Below, piece after piece: positions 1-11,414 of a stretch of DNA of 64,000 bases (position 1 is its first letter; every line of letters begins with the position of its first letter). The notes under the pieces were generated by a model, which saw nothing but the letters and a program-made list of their open reading frames with translations, had not been told where the DNA came from and made no database searches. The stretch is from Anaeramoeba ignava BMAN. Lineage: Eukaryota; Protista; Anaeramoebae. The stretch covers positions 124,001 to 188,000 of the forward strand of contig JAPDFW010000080.1 of NCBI GenBank assembly GCA_028826165.1. Direction: 5' to 3'. Made by a program: the position numbers and the translations under genes.

Positions 1-3000
1 ATGTAGCTAAGAAATCGAAAATATCTTCTGCCAATTTTTTATGCTCTTTTTTGTCTTCAGATGAACGAAGTATTCTATGCAAGATTTCTATAAATATTTT
101 TTTCGATATTAATTTCGATATTAAATTTAATATTAATTATTTACCAAAATGTTCAGGTAAAATGATTGGATTTTTGTTTTTAATTAAAGAATGCAATTTT
201 TCTATAAAAATTGAAGCTAAATTCATGTTGATTTGGGACAAAATCTATATTTTTGTTTTTTCTTTCCATTTTAGTTCCTTTTTTTTTTTAAAAAAAAAAA
301 TATTTTGTTTTTATTTGTTTTTACATGTTTAGATTCTGGAATATCTTTCATTCGATTGAGTATTCGTGATTGATCTATATTTTATATTATTTTGGAGCAT
401 AAATTCATGAGTTTAAAGATTTTTAAAGTTAAAATTAAAAGGAAATGTTTATAAGTTATGAAGAATTTTACTTTTTTCATCAGAAAAACTCAAGTAAAGC
501 ATTTCTAATCCTTCTAAATATTTTTGGTTAATGTTTTTTAATTCAAATTTGGGAGCCAACTAAAAGGATGTTTTAAAGAAAAGAAAATTAGGTGGGAAAT
601 AATAATCTTTTTTTATCATCTTGTTTTAAATTAATTTACAAATTTGGATGCTGTTGAAATGATATGAGGATAAATTTTATTCACTTTTCGAAGTAATTTA
701 CAATATGAATTCATCCAGAAAGTGTTATCGTTATCCTTTAAAATATCCAACATTGCTTTAATCGGAATTTCTCCAGGATTTCGTGTCTTTTTAAATTGGA
801 AGAAAGAAAGAACCAAAAACAAAAAAAAAATTTTTTTTTGTGTTCAATTTTTGGATTTTTGGATTTAAATAATTCATACATATTCTAATTTAAGCACTTC
901 AAGATCCAATTTTGATTCTCGATAAGCAAAATCCCATTCTTGTTGAAAAATTTGATAAATTGCTAAATTTTACAAAAATTTCACATCAAAATTTAAAATC
1001 AAAATTTATTTTTGTTTTTGTAAATACAGGCTTCTTTTAAGTGGAAAATTTGTTTTAAAATGTCAGAAATTTTTAAAAGAGCTTCTAATAATTTTTGTCT
1101 AAAAAATGAATTTGGATAACAAAGAGCTATTATTATTGCTGCTTGGATTGCATCAAAGTCCTGTTGTTTTAAAATGAATATGGAATCTCTCATTTGATTA
1201 TTTTCATTGTTTTCATTGTTTTCATTGTTTTTTTCAATAATTTTTGAGTTTTCGATTTTAATAGTTTCAGAATAAATTTGTTCAACAGTAGTGATAAATT
1301 TGAGGATGTTGGTACCAAATTGAGCATATAATTCATCTGAATTCGATTTATCCATTATTGAAAGGAGATATTGAGGTAATTCATCAATAACAGCAGAAAT
1401 AGATGAATTTTGTTTCTTCATCATTGAGATTAGGGTTTGTGCGGAAATGTAAGAGATTTCTGAATCGGAGTTGTTTGTTAGTTGCCAAATTTTGTTTATG
1501 ATGCTTTTTTTAACATCCGACTCATAAGATATCTCAACAAGCACAGAAGTTAATAAAAAGAATTTGAGTGGATAATTTTTAGAAGATTTAGATTGCTTTG
1601 TGCCTAAGAGTTTATCCATAATTGAGTTCAGTCTTTCGACAATTTTTTTTGCCAGTTTAGTGCCAGTTATGACTTGACAAAACCCAAAAGGGATAATAGA
1701 CTCCAAAAAGCGAGCTTGCGAAAGTGTAATATGCTTAGGCTCTATCATTTGGAGCAAAACCTTAAAGACTTTCGATTGTGCGCCAGAATCTTTGAGGGTG
1801 GCCATACACAAAAATTTCCAAAATTTTTTTTCCACTTTTTTTTTGATATGTTGATTTTGGGATTTGGTAATAATATTATTGAATTCTGTAGCATAAGCAT
1901 GATGAAGGTTCATTGTTGTTGAATAAAGAAAAATATGTAAGGAATTCAATCCGTAATTACTAAATTTGGGGAGGTTTGTAAGCTTTTCAAGTTTTCCATC
2001 CCATTCTTTAAAATCCAAATTTTCTGGGAAGTTTCGAATATAAAAAAGAGAAGACATAAACTCATCAGATCGATTTGTTTTTGTGAATAGATTAATAAAC
2101 ATTTCCAGAAATTTGTTGAGTTCTTCCTGATTAATTTTCTCGAGTGAAATGGTTTTGAGAAACTTTATTAGTTCATTTTCATCCTTTTGAGCAGTATCTA
2201 AGAAGTATGCGTGGAAAAATGTGAAGAAATTGGATGTGAGTTGATTAAGAGTTTTGCGAAATAGGTTTTTAAGGTATTTTTTGTTTCTGATTTCAAGAAG
2301 TTGAGTAGGTTTTGTTTTTTTAATTATTTGATGGAGATCAAAAAAGTATTTGAAAATTTTTTTGAATAAATCTTTATCTAAGCGAGCAATTTTTGTTTGG
2401 AATAAAACTTGAAGAAAGAGTGCGAATAGACAATTATAAAGTAATTTTGAATCCTTTGCTAAGTTAATCTTTTATTATGAATCAAATATTAAATTGAATA
2501 TTAAATTTATTTAAATATTAAATCAAATATTAAATTGAATATTAAATTAAATATTGAATTAAATATTAAATTTATTTAAATATTAAATTGAATTTTGAAT
2601 TAAATATTAGATTAAATATTAAATATTAAATATTAAATATTAAATTAAATATTAAATTAAATATTAAATATTGAATTAAATAAAATTTTTAATTTATTTT
2701 TTTCCGGTTTTGAATTTTACTTCTTTTTTGCCAAGAGATCGCATAAAAATATTACTTATTTCTTTAATTTTTTCTGAAGAAATATGAATAGAAATTATTT
2801 GAATCATTTCTAAATTTTTCTTTAACAAGACATCCTCCTCTAAATCATAAAATCTAATACTATCTTGTTTTAAAAGCTTTTTTCACATAAAAAAAAATTA
2901 TTTTTTTTTTAAAATGAATAAAAACGGAAAAAAAAATTTTAATAAAAAAAAATAATTACAAGTTTTGCTTTTTTTTGGAAATTTTCTTTAAATGAAAAGT

Positions 3001-3370
3001 AAATTTTTGGAAGAAATTTTAAAGAAAATGAATTTGGATCTGGTATTATTTCATTATAATTTAATTTTGGTTGTTTATGTTTTTGTTTTTGTTTTTGTTT
3101 TTTTGGATGCTTTTCATGTTTATGTTTTTTTTGATGTTTTTTTTGTTTTTGATTTTGATTTTGATTTTGATTTTGATTTTGATTCTGTTTCTTTTTTTTG
3201 TTTTGATTTTGTTTCTTTTTTTTGTTTTGATTTTGATTTTGATTTTGATTTTGATTTTGATTTTGATTTTGCTTCTTTTTTTTGTTTTGATTTTGATTTT
3301 GATTTTGATTCTGTTTCTTTTTCTTGTTTTGTTTTTGCTTTTTATTTTTATTTTTATTGAGTTCGGACAT
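1..3370 (-). CDS. Large helical (HEAT/ARM-like) scaffold, possibly Furry/Tao3/Mor2 family; multi-exon, runs off the window start
   Basis: ATG at 3370 preceded by TCATTT motifs. A K/QN-rich N-terminus splices (GT at 2959) through exons to the 999-2102 and 631-822 ORFs. FDAIQAAIIIALCYPNSFFRQKLLEAL and FWMNSYCKLLRK..YPHII weakly recall the MOR2-PAG1 N-terminal domain. One junction near 250-280 is out of phase. Confidence 0.45.
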
Positions 3371-3444
3371 TAAAAAAAAATGGAAGAAAAAAAAAATGAA
3401 AAATGAAAAAAAGGAAAAAAAAAATAAAAAAAAGGAAAAAAAAA

Positions 3445-3680
3445 TCTAAATTAAATTTCTAAATTAATTTCCAAATTAAATTCTAATTAAATTTCTAAAT
3501 TAAATCCTAAATTAAATTTCTAAAATAATTTCTAATAAATTTCTAAATTAATTTCCAAATTAAATCCAAATTAATTTCCAATTAAATTTCTAAATAATTT
3601 CTAAATTAAATTCTAAATTAAATCCTAAATTAAATTTCTAAATAAAATTTCCAAATTAAATCCTAAATAAATTTTAATTT
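3445..3680. repeat. 11-12 bp AT tandem array (AAATTAATTTCT-like) between divergent genes
   Basis: Degenerate tandem repeat visible directly between ATG 3370(-) and ATG 3726(+). Confidence 0.8.
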
Positions 3681-3725
3681 AAAAAAATTTTTTTTTCATT
3701 TTTTTCTTTTAAAAATATAAAATAA

Positions 3726-5966
3726 ATGGCATTTTATCAATTAAAATTAGAAGAAGCTCTTTCAAAAGAGAAACTCAAAATACATGCATTAAACAGCGAC
3801 GTTTATCTTCCAATAAAAAAAATTGCAAGTAAATTATCTAAGTTTTTCAAAGATCAACAAGGATTTTATCCTCGACCAAAAATCAAGCCAAAACGAGCAA
3901 AAAAAAAACCACAATCAAAAACAAAAGGCAAAAAAGGGAAGAAAAAAAAAAAAACGAAAAAAGCGCCAGCAAAAAGAAATCCAAACCAACGCGAGACACA
4001 AATTAACGATCCATTTTATCAGGCGTATCATACACGAGAGATAGCGCTTGAAAGAATACCTGCATATAAAATGCTAGTGACCGAAGTTAATAAGAGAGAG
4101 AAGTTGCGTGACTTATACAATTTCTTGATATCGCCCGTTGTGATGGCGACCCTTCTTGGGCTAAAGCCGTGCTTCTGTTTCGACTTAGTTTTCGAAATGA
4201 AGATCAATATTGTCAATGTCCCTCCGCAAGAGTTTTATGACTTATACAAGCAGTTCCCAGAAAAATACGAACAAACGCCACGTTTGATTGCCGGACTTTA
4301 TTCGTTGACACTTAAAAATGTCATTTCGGAATTTTTTCCTGGCAAATTTGTTTTCTTGCTTTTTCTTAAAGGGAGTGAATGGTCATTTTTTGCTGTCAAC
4401 CGAAACCATCCGTTAAGTGTCAAATATCTTTCGGGAGAAATGACAGGATGCAAACCCAACAAGCTTTATTTTATCAAGAGAGAAATAAACTTGGCACACA
4501 AAGAATTGGGCGAAATTTACGGTTATGATTTTAGCAACTGCTGTCTTTTCCAAAAAAACGAAGCTGAAAGAATTCAATTGCAAAAGGATCAAGAAGAATT
4601 GCAAAAGCAAAAGGAAAAAGCGACAGAAAAGAAGAAGAAGGAAATTGAGAAGAAACAGAAATATCTGCGCAAGCAAATGAGTCGCGAGAAAATCATCGGA
4701 AAGATTTTTTTTGAAAAACGTCAAAAATCACTGGAAACAACAATGTACTCTTGTCAGGATCTTGTTTGGGAGCTTCATGAGGTCGAAACAGGCATGAAAA
4801 AGCTCGAGGGATATCGAGTTTGGTTCGAGTATTTCCTGTCAAAACTCAAAAGTATCAAACTTGGCAAAATTCTAATCGACATCAGAGAATACCAACTCAA
4901 AGTCAACGACCTAATGGGAAAAGATGGCATTAACGCTTTTTATTCTTCAAAAGAGCAGCAAGTTCTTGATTGGATGCAAATGATCGAAAAGTTGTCTGAA
5001 CAAAATAAATCCCAAATTAAAACAATGTCCCCCCAAGATTTGAAAAAATCTGACATTATTTTGGATCAAATTGATGATGATCAAGATGACGATCAAGATG
5101 ATGATCAAGATCAAAATCAAGATCAAAATCAAAATCAAAATCAAAATCAAAATCAAAATCAAGACAATCGAAATATAAAATCAGATGAAATTTTAAAAAT
5201 TAACGAAAATATAAATGCAAATGATTCATCAAATATAAATGAAAATTTAAACACAAATGAACAACTTCTTCAAAACTCAAAATCAAAGGAGAATATCATT
5301 CAAAATTTGAAAACAAATGAGCAAATTATTAAAAAAGCAAATGAAAAAATTCAAGAACTTAATGAAACAATTATCCAAAGTACAGATCAAAAAATGCAAG
5401 AATTAAACCAGAAAATTAGTGAAGAATTAAAACAAAAACAAAATGAAAAACAAAATGAAAAACAAAATGAAAATGAAAATGAAAATAAAAAACAAAATGA
5501 AAAACAAAATGAAAAACAAAAAGAAAATGAAAATGAAAATCAAAATGAAAATGAAAATGAAAAACAAAATGAAAATGAAAATGAAAATGAAAATGAAAAA
5601 CAAAAAGAAAATGAAAATGAAAATTTAAAAGAAAAAGAAAATGAAAAAGAAAATGAAAAACAAAATGAAAAACAAAATGAAAAACAAAATGAAAATGAAA
5701 ATGAAAAACAAAATGAAAAACAAAATGAAACGTTTAAAATTGAAGAAATAAATGAAGATGAAACATTTAAAATTGAAGAAATAAATGAAAATGAAACATT
5801 TAAAATTGAAGAAATAAATGAAGATGAAAAACAATATGAAATAGAAATAACAGAAACAAAAGTTAAAATTGAAGAAATAAATGAAGATGAAACAATAGAA
5901 ACACAAAAAGAAATCAAAAAAGAAACAAGAGTTAAAATTGAAGAATTAAGTGATGATGAAAATTAA
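3726..5966 (+). CDS. Uncharacterised 746-aa protein: globular N-half, coiled coil, QN/EN low complexity, C-terminal repeated KIEE(I/L) motifs
   Basis: Intronless long ORF, GC-richer coding core, TCATTT upstream at ~3696. No family recognised. Confidence 0.8.
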   Translation: MAFYQLKLEEALSKEKLKIHALNSDVYLPIKKIASKLSKFFKDQQGFYPRPKIKPKRAKKKPQSKTKGKKGKKKKKTKKAPAKRNPNQRETQINDPFYQAYHTREIALERIPAYKMLVTEVNKREKLRDLYNFLISPVVMATLLGLKPCFCFDLVFEMKINIVNVPPQEFYDLYKQFPEKYEQTPRLIAGLYSLTLKNVISEFFPGKFVFLLFLKGSEWSFFAVNRNHPLSVKYLSGEMTGCKPNKLYFIKREINLAHKELGEIYGYDFSNCCLFQKNEAERIQLQKDQEELQKQKEKATEKKKKEIEKKQKYLRKQMSREKIIGKIFFEKRQKSLETTMYSCQDLVWELHEVETGMKKLEGYRVWFEYFLSKLKSIKLGKILIDIREYQLKVNDLMGKDGINAFYSSKEQQVLDWMQMIEKLSEQNKSQIKTMSPQDLKKSDIILDQIDDDQDDDQDDDQDQNQDQNQNQNQNQNQNQDNRNIKSDEILKINENINANDSSNINENLNTNEQLLQNSKSKENIIQNLKTNEQIIKKANEKIQELNETIIQSTDQKMQELNQKISEELKQKQNEKQNEKQNENENENKKQNEKQNEKQKENENENQNENENEKQNENENENENEKQKENENENLKEKENEKENEKQNEKQNEKQNENENEKQNEKQNETFKIEEINEDETFKIEEINENETFKIEEINEDEKQYEIEITETKVKIEEINEDETIETQKEIKKETRVKIEELSDDEN

Positions 5967-6177
5967 AATCCAAAATTAAAAATTTAAAATTTAGAAAATT
6001 TAGCTTTATTTAGAAATCCAACAAACTTTTACATAACCATCTTTTTTTATTTTTAATTTAAAAAATTTTATTTAAAAAATTAAAATTTTAAAACAATTTT
6101 TTAAAAAGTTACTCATCCAATTTATAACACGTTTTTATCAAAGAAACAAAAAAATAAAACAAAAACAAAAAAAAACA

Positions 6178-6269
6178 TCATTTTTTCTTTTCATTTTTTT
6201 TCATTTTTCATTTTTTTCATTTTTTTCATTTTTATTTTTTCATTTTTATTTTTTCATTTATTTTTCAAA
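6178..6269 (+). promoter_or_regulatory. Tandem initiator-like (T)TCATTTT cluster upstream of the ATG (example of a window-wide motif)
   Basis: Several TCATTT copies lie directly 5' of ATG 6270. The same strand-specific motif precedes almost every gene and matches the parabasalid Inr TCAY(T/A). Confidence 0.65.
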
Positions 6270-8903
6270 ATGGTTTTTCTTATCCTGAAATCTTTATTTG
6301 GATCAACAACATTATCTTTATTTGCAGCATGTCTATTTGTTGTGACATGTTTGCTATCATTAATTCTAATTTTTTTTCGAATTCGCACAATTATTCAATC
6401 ACAAACAGAAACAGAAACAGAAACAGAAGCAGAAAGAGGACTTTCATTAGGAACAGAAATACAAACAAGACTTGAATCACAAAACGAGATAATCCGTTAT
6501 CTTCGAAGAAATCAAGAAACTCAACTTTTGGAACTTGCTTTATCATCAAGAGATTTTTCAGAACAAGATTATGAAAGGCTTTTATCACTTGATAATGAAA
6601 CTCCAACTAAAATTTTGCAAAGAGCTTCCCAAGTCGAAATTAATAGACTTCCTGTTAGAGTTATTTCTAAAAACGAGGAATTGAGATTAGCTCAAAATCA
6701 ACGTTTTTGTTCGGTTTGTTTGTCAGAATTTAAAGAAAATGATGTTGTCAAAACTCTTCCTTGTTTTGTAAGTTTTTTATTCAATGTCATTTATAAAATT
6801 AATTATAAAATTAAATATAAAATTATTTATAAAATTATTTATTAAATTAAATATAAAATTATTTATAAAATTATTTATAAAATTATATATAAAATTAATT
6901 ATAAAATTATTTATAAAATTAATTATAAAATTAATTATAAAATTAATTATAAAATTATTTATAAAATTATTTATAAAATTATTTATAAAATTATTTATAA
7001 AATTATTTATAAAATTATTTATAAAATTATTTATAAAATTATTTATAAAATTATTTATAAAATTAAATATAAAATTATTTATAAAATTAATTATAAAATT
7101 AAATATAAAATTAATTATAAAATTATTAATAAAATTATTTATAAATTTATTTATAAAATTATTTATAAAATTAAATATAAAATTATTTATAAAATTATTT
7201 ATAAAATTATATATAAAATTATATATAAAATTAAATATAAAATTATTTATAAAATTATTTATAAAATTATTTATAAAATTATATATAAAATTATTTATAA
7301 AATTATTTATAAAATTAAATATAAAATTATTTATAAAATTATTTATAAAATTAAATATAAAATTATTTATAAAATTATATATAAAATTATATATAAAATT
7401 ATATATAAAATTATATATAAAATTATTTATAAAATTATTTATAAAATTATTTATAAAATTATTTATAAAATTATTTATAAAATTATTTATAAAATTATTT
7501 ATAAAATTATTTATAAAATTATTTATAAAATTAAATATAAAATTATTTATAAAATTATTTATAAAATTAAATATAAAATTAAATATAAAATTAATTATAA
7601 AATTATTTATAAAATTAAATATAAAATTAATTATAAAATTATTTATAAAATTAATTATAAAATTATTTATAAAATTAAATATAAAATTATTTATAAAATT
7701 AAATATAAAATTATATATAAAATTATTTATAAAATTATTTATAAAATTATTTATAAAATTATTTATAAAATTATTTATAAAATTAAATATAAAATTATAT
7801 ATAAAATTATTTATAAAATTATTTATTAAATTATTTATTAAATTATTTATTAAATTATTTATAAAATTAATTATAAAATTATTTATAAAATTATTTATTA
7901 AATTATTTATAAATTATTTATAAAATTATTTATAAAATTATTTATAAAATTATTTATTAAATTATTTATAAAATTAATTATAAAATTATTTATAAAATTA
8001 TTTATAAAATTAATTATAAAATTAATTATAAAATTATTTATAAAATTAAATATAAAATTAATTATAAAATTATTTATTAAATTATTTATAAAATTATTTA
8101 TAAAATTATTTATTAAATTATTTATAAAGTTATTTATAAAGTTATTTATTAAATTATTTATAAAGTTATTTATAAAATTATTTATAAAATTATTTATAAA
8201 ATTATTTATAAAATTATTTATAATTTTATATATAAAATTATTTATAAAATTAATTATAAAATTATTTATAAAATTATTTATTAAATTATTTATAAAATTA
8301 TTTATTAAATTATTTATAAAATTATTTATAAAATTATTTATTAAATTATATATAAAATTATTTATTAAATTATTTATTAAATTATATATTAAATTATTTA
8401 TAAAATTATTTATTAAATTATTTATAAAATTATTTATAAAATTAATTATAAAATTATTTATAAAATTAAATATAAAATTATTTATAAAATTAATTATAAA
8501 ATTAAATATAAAATTATTTATTAAATTATTTATTAAATTATTTATAAAATTATTTATAAAATTATTTATAAAATTATATATAAAATTATATATAAAATTA
8601 AATATAAAATTATTTATAAAATTATTTATAAAATTAATTATAAAATTAAATATAAAATTATTTATAAAATTATTTACAAAATTATTTACAAAATTATTTA
8701 TAAAATTATTTATAAAATTAAATATAAAATTATTTATAAAATTATTTATAAAATTATTTATAAAATTAATTATAAAATTATTTATAAAATTATTTATTAA
8801 ATTAATTTATTTTTTTTCTAATTAGCATTTTTTTCATCAATCTTGTATTGAAAAATGGTTAAAAATTAAAAAAAAATGTCCTGTTTGCGATTCTTGGATT
8901 TAA
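6270..8903 (+). CDS. Transmembrane RING-H2 E3 ubiquitin ligase (2 exons: 6270-6767, 8826-8903)
   Basis: N-terminal TM helix and DYERLLSLD motif. The RING-H2 (CSVC...LPCF|HFFHQSCIEKWLKIKKKCPVC) is completed only by splicing GTAAGT 6768 to TAG 8825. Confidence 0.9.
6790..8805. repeat. ~2 kb 12-bp minisatellite (TTATTTATAAAA variants) filling the RING gene intron
   Basis: Direct tandem repeat that gives the spurious IKLF ORF 6784-7923. Confidence 0.95.
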
Positions 8904-9269
8904 AAAAATTGTTTTTTTCTTTTCTATTTTTGTTTAAATAAATTGAATAAAAATCACAATTTAAACAAATTTTTTATTTATATTTTTATATTTTTATTTT
9001 TTATAATTTGGCTCATAAATTCAATTATAATCAATTAAATTTCAGTAGTAGCAAATTATTTTAATCATTGCCAAATTTAAATTTAAATTTAATTGAAAAT
9101 AAAAAAATGAAAAAAAAAATTAAAAAAAAAATTATTTAAAAAGGAGAAATTTAAATAAAAAAAATATTTTTTCTCCTTTTTTTAAATAAAAAAAATAAAA
9201 ATAAAAATCAAAAATCATTTTTTTTCCTTTTCTTTATAATTTTTTTTTCCTTTTTAAAAAATCAACAAA

Positions 9270-11150
9270 ATGGCAAAAATATCAGCAACAATTATAAGTT
9301 TATTATCAGGAGTAATGTTTGCAGCAGGATGGTGGATGTGGATTGATGCAGCAGCTTATGCATCTCACATAAAAGATCATCAATCGGTTAAATTTGAATT
9401 TTATCTTCCTGGAATTTTTGCAACAATTTCTTGGATTATGGTTGGCATTACACCCATATCTTCCGAAGACGGTTTGGAAGATGAAGACCGTTCTAAACGC
9501 ATTAAGATTTGGCTCTTCGCCTCTTTTACAGTTGGTTTCGGTTCTATTATGGGCTCTGTTTGGGTCCTTGCTGCTGTTTATGCTAAAACTGGTTCAGATA
9601 AACCTGATACTGTTTGGCCTGGTGTTGCTGGTCTCTTTCAAACCTCTCTTATTTTCGGTTGGTAAGTTCTTTATTTTTTCAATTTAAAATTAATTATAAA
9701 ATTAAATATAAAATTATTTATAAAATTATTTATAAAATTATTTATAAAATTATTTATAAAATTATTTATAAAATTATTTATTAAATTAAATATAAAATTA
9801 ATTATAAAATTATTTATAAAATTATTTATAAAATTAATTATAAAATTAATTATAAAATTATTTATAAAATTATTTATAAAATTATTTATAAAATTATTTA
9901 TAAAATTATTTATAAAATTAAAATTAAAATTAAAATTAAAATTAAAATTTAAATTATTTATAAAATTATTTATTAAATTAAAATTTAAATTATTTATAAA
10001 ATTATTTATAAAATTATTTATAAAATTATTTATAAAATTATTTATAAAATTATTTATAAAATTATTTATAAAATTATTTATAAATTTATTTATAAAATTA
10101 TTTATAAATTATTCATAAAATTATATATAAAATTAAATATAAAATTATTTATAAAATTATATATAAAATTATTTATAAAATTATTTATAAAATTAAATAT
10201 AAAATTAAATATAAAATTATTAATAAAATTATTTATAAAATTATTTATAAAATTAAATATAAATTAAATATAAAATTATTTATAAAATTAAAATTAAAAT
10301 TAAAATTAAAATTAAAATTTAAATTATTTATAAAATTATTTATAAAATTATTTATAAAATTAAAATTAAAATTAAAATTTAAAATTAAATATAAAATTAA
10401 ATATAAAATTATTTATAAAATTTAATATAAAATTAATTATAAAATTATTTATAAAATTAATTATAAAATTATTTATAAATTTATTTATAAAATTATTTAT
10501 AAAATTATTTATAAAATTAATTATAAAATTAATTATAAAATTAAATATAAAATTAATTATAAAATTATTAATAAAATTATTTATTAAATTAAATATAAAA
10601 TTAATTATAAAATTAATTATAAAATTATTTATAAAATTATTTATAAAATTATTTATAAAATTATTTATAAAATTATTTATTAAATTATTTATAAAATTAT
10701 TTATTAAATTAATTATAAAATTATTTATAAAATTAAATATAAAATTATTTATAAATTAAATTTAAAATTAATTATAAAATTAAATATAAAATTATTTATA
10801 AAATTATATATAAAATTATTTATAAAATTAAATATAAAATTATTTATAAAATTATTTATAAAATTATTTATAAAATTATTTATAAAATTATTTATAAAAT
10901 TAAATATAAAATTATATATAAAATTATATATAAAATTATTTATAAAATTATTTATAAAATTAAATATAAAATTATTTATAAAATTATTTATAAAATTATT
11001 TATAAAATTAAATATAAAATTATTTATAAAATTATTTATAAAATTAAATATAAAATTATTTATAAAATTAAAATTAAAATTAAAATTAAAATTATTAGTT
11101 CGTTACTTTATCGTTGGGCTAAGTCGATTAATACATCAGAAATGATTTAA
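9270..11150 (+). CDS. VPS68: Vps68/TMEM50 (UPF0220) endosomal membrane protein (exons 9270-9661, 11099-11150)
   Basis: SGVMFAAGWWMWIDAA, KIWLF..F..GFGS, VWPGVA..FQ motifs. The GTAAGT..TAG intron restores the C-terminus CSLLYRWAK. Confidence 0.88.
9685..11095. repeat. 12-bp minisatellite (same unit as RING intron) plus AAAATT tracts filling the Vps68 intron
   Basis: Direct tandem repeat that runs to within a few nt of the acceptor AG at 11098. Confidence 0.95.
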
Positions 11151-11414
11151 TTTGCTCATTTTACCTTCTTTTTTCTTTTTTATCTTTTTTTTCTTCTTCT
11201 TCAAATTTTTGATTTTGAATTTTTCTTATTCAATTACTTTTCTTGATTCATCCAGAATTTGATAATAAAATTCTTAACAAATAAGAAAATACAAAATTCA
11301 AAATTCAAAATACAAAATTCAAAATTAAAAATTCAAAATTAAAAATTAAAAATTAAAAATTAAAAAAAGAAAATATTGAAAAATTAAATAAGAAATTAAA
11401 TAAGAAATTGAAAT

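Noticed and set aside
6784-7923. 379-aa IKLF-repeat ORF and similar ORFs (53611-54718, 55530-56647, 62451-63602, 2992-3373, 60933-61211)
   Set aside because: These are translations of stop-free intronic or antisense tandem repeats. The flanking exons splice around them to complete conserved domains.
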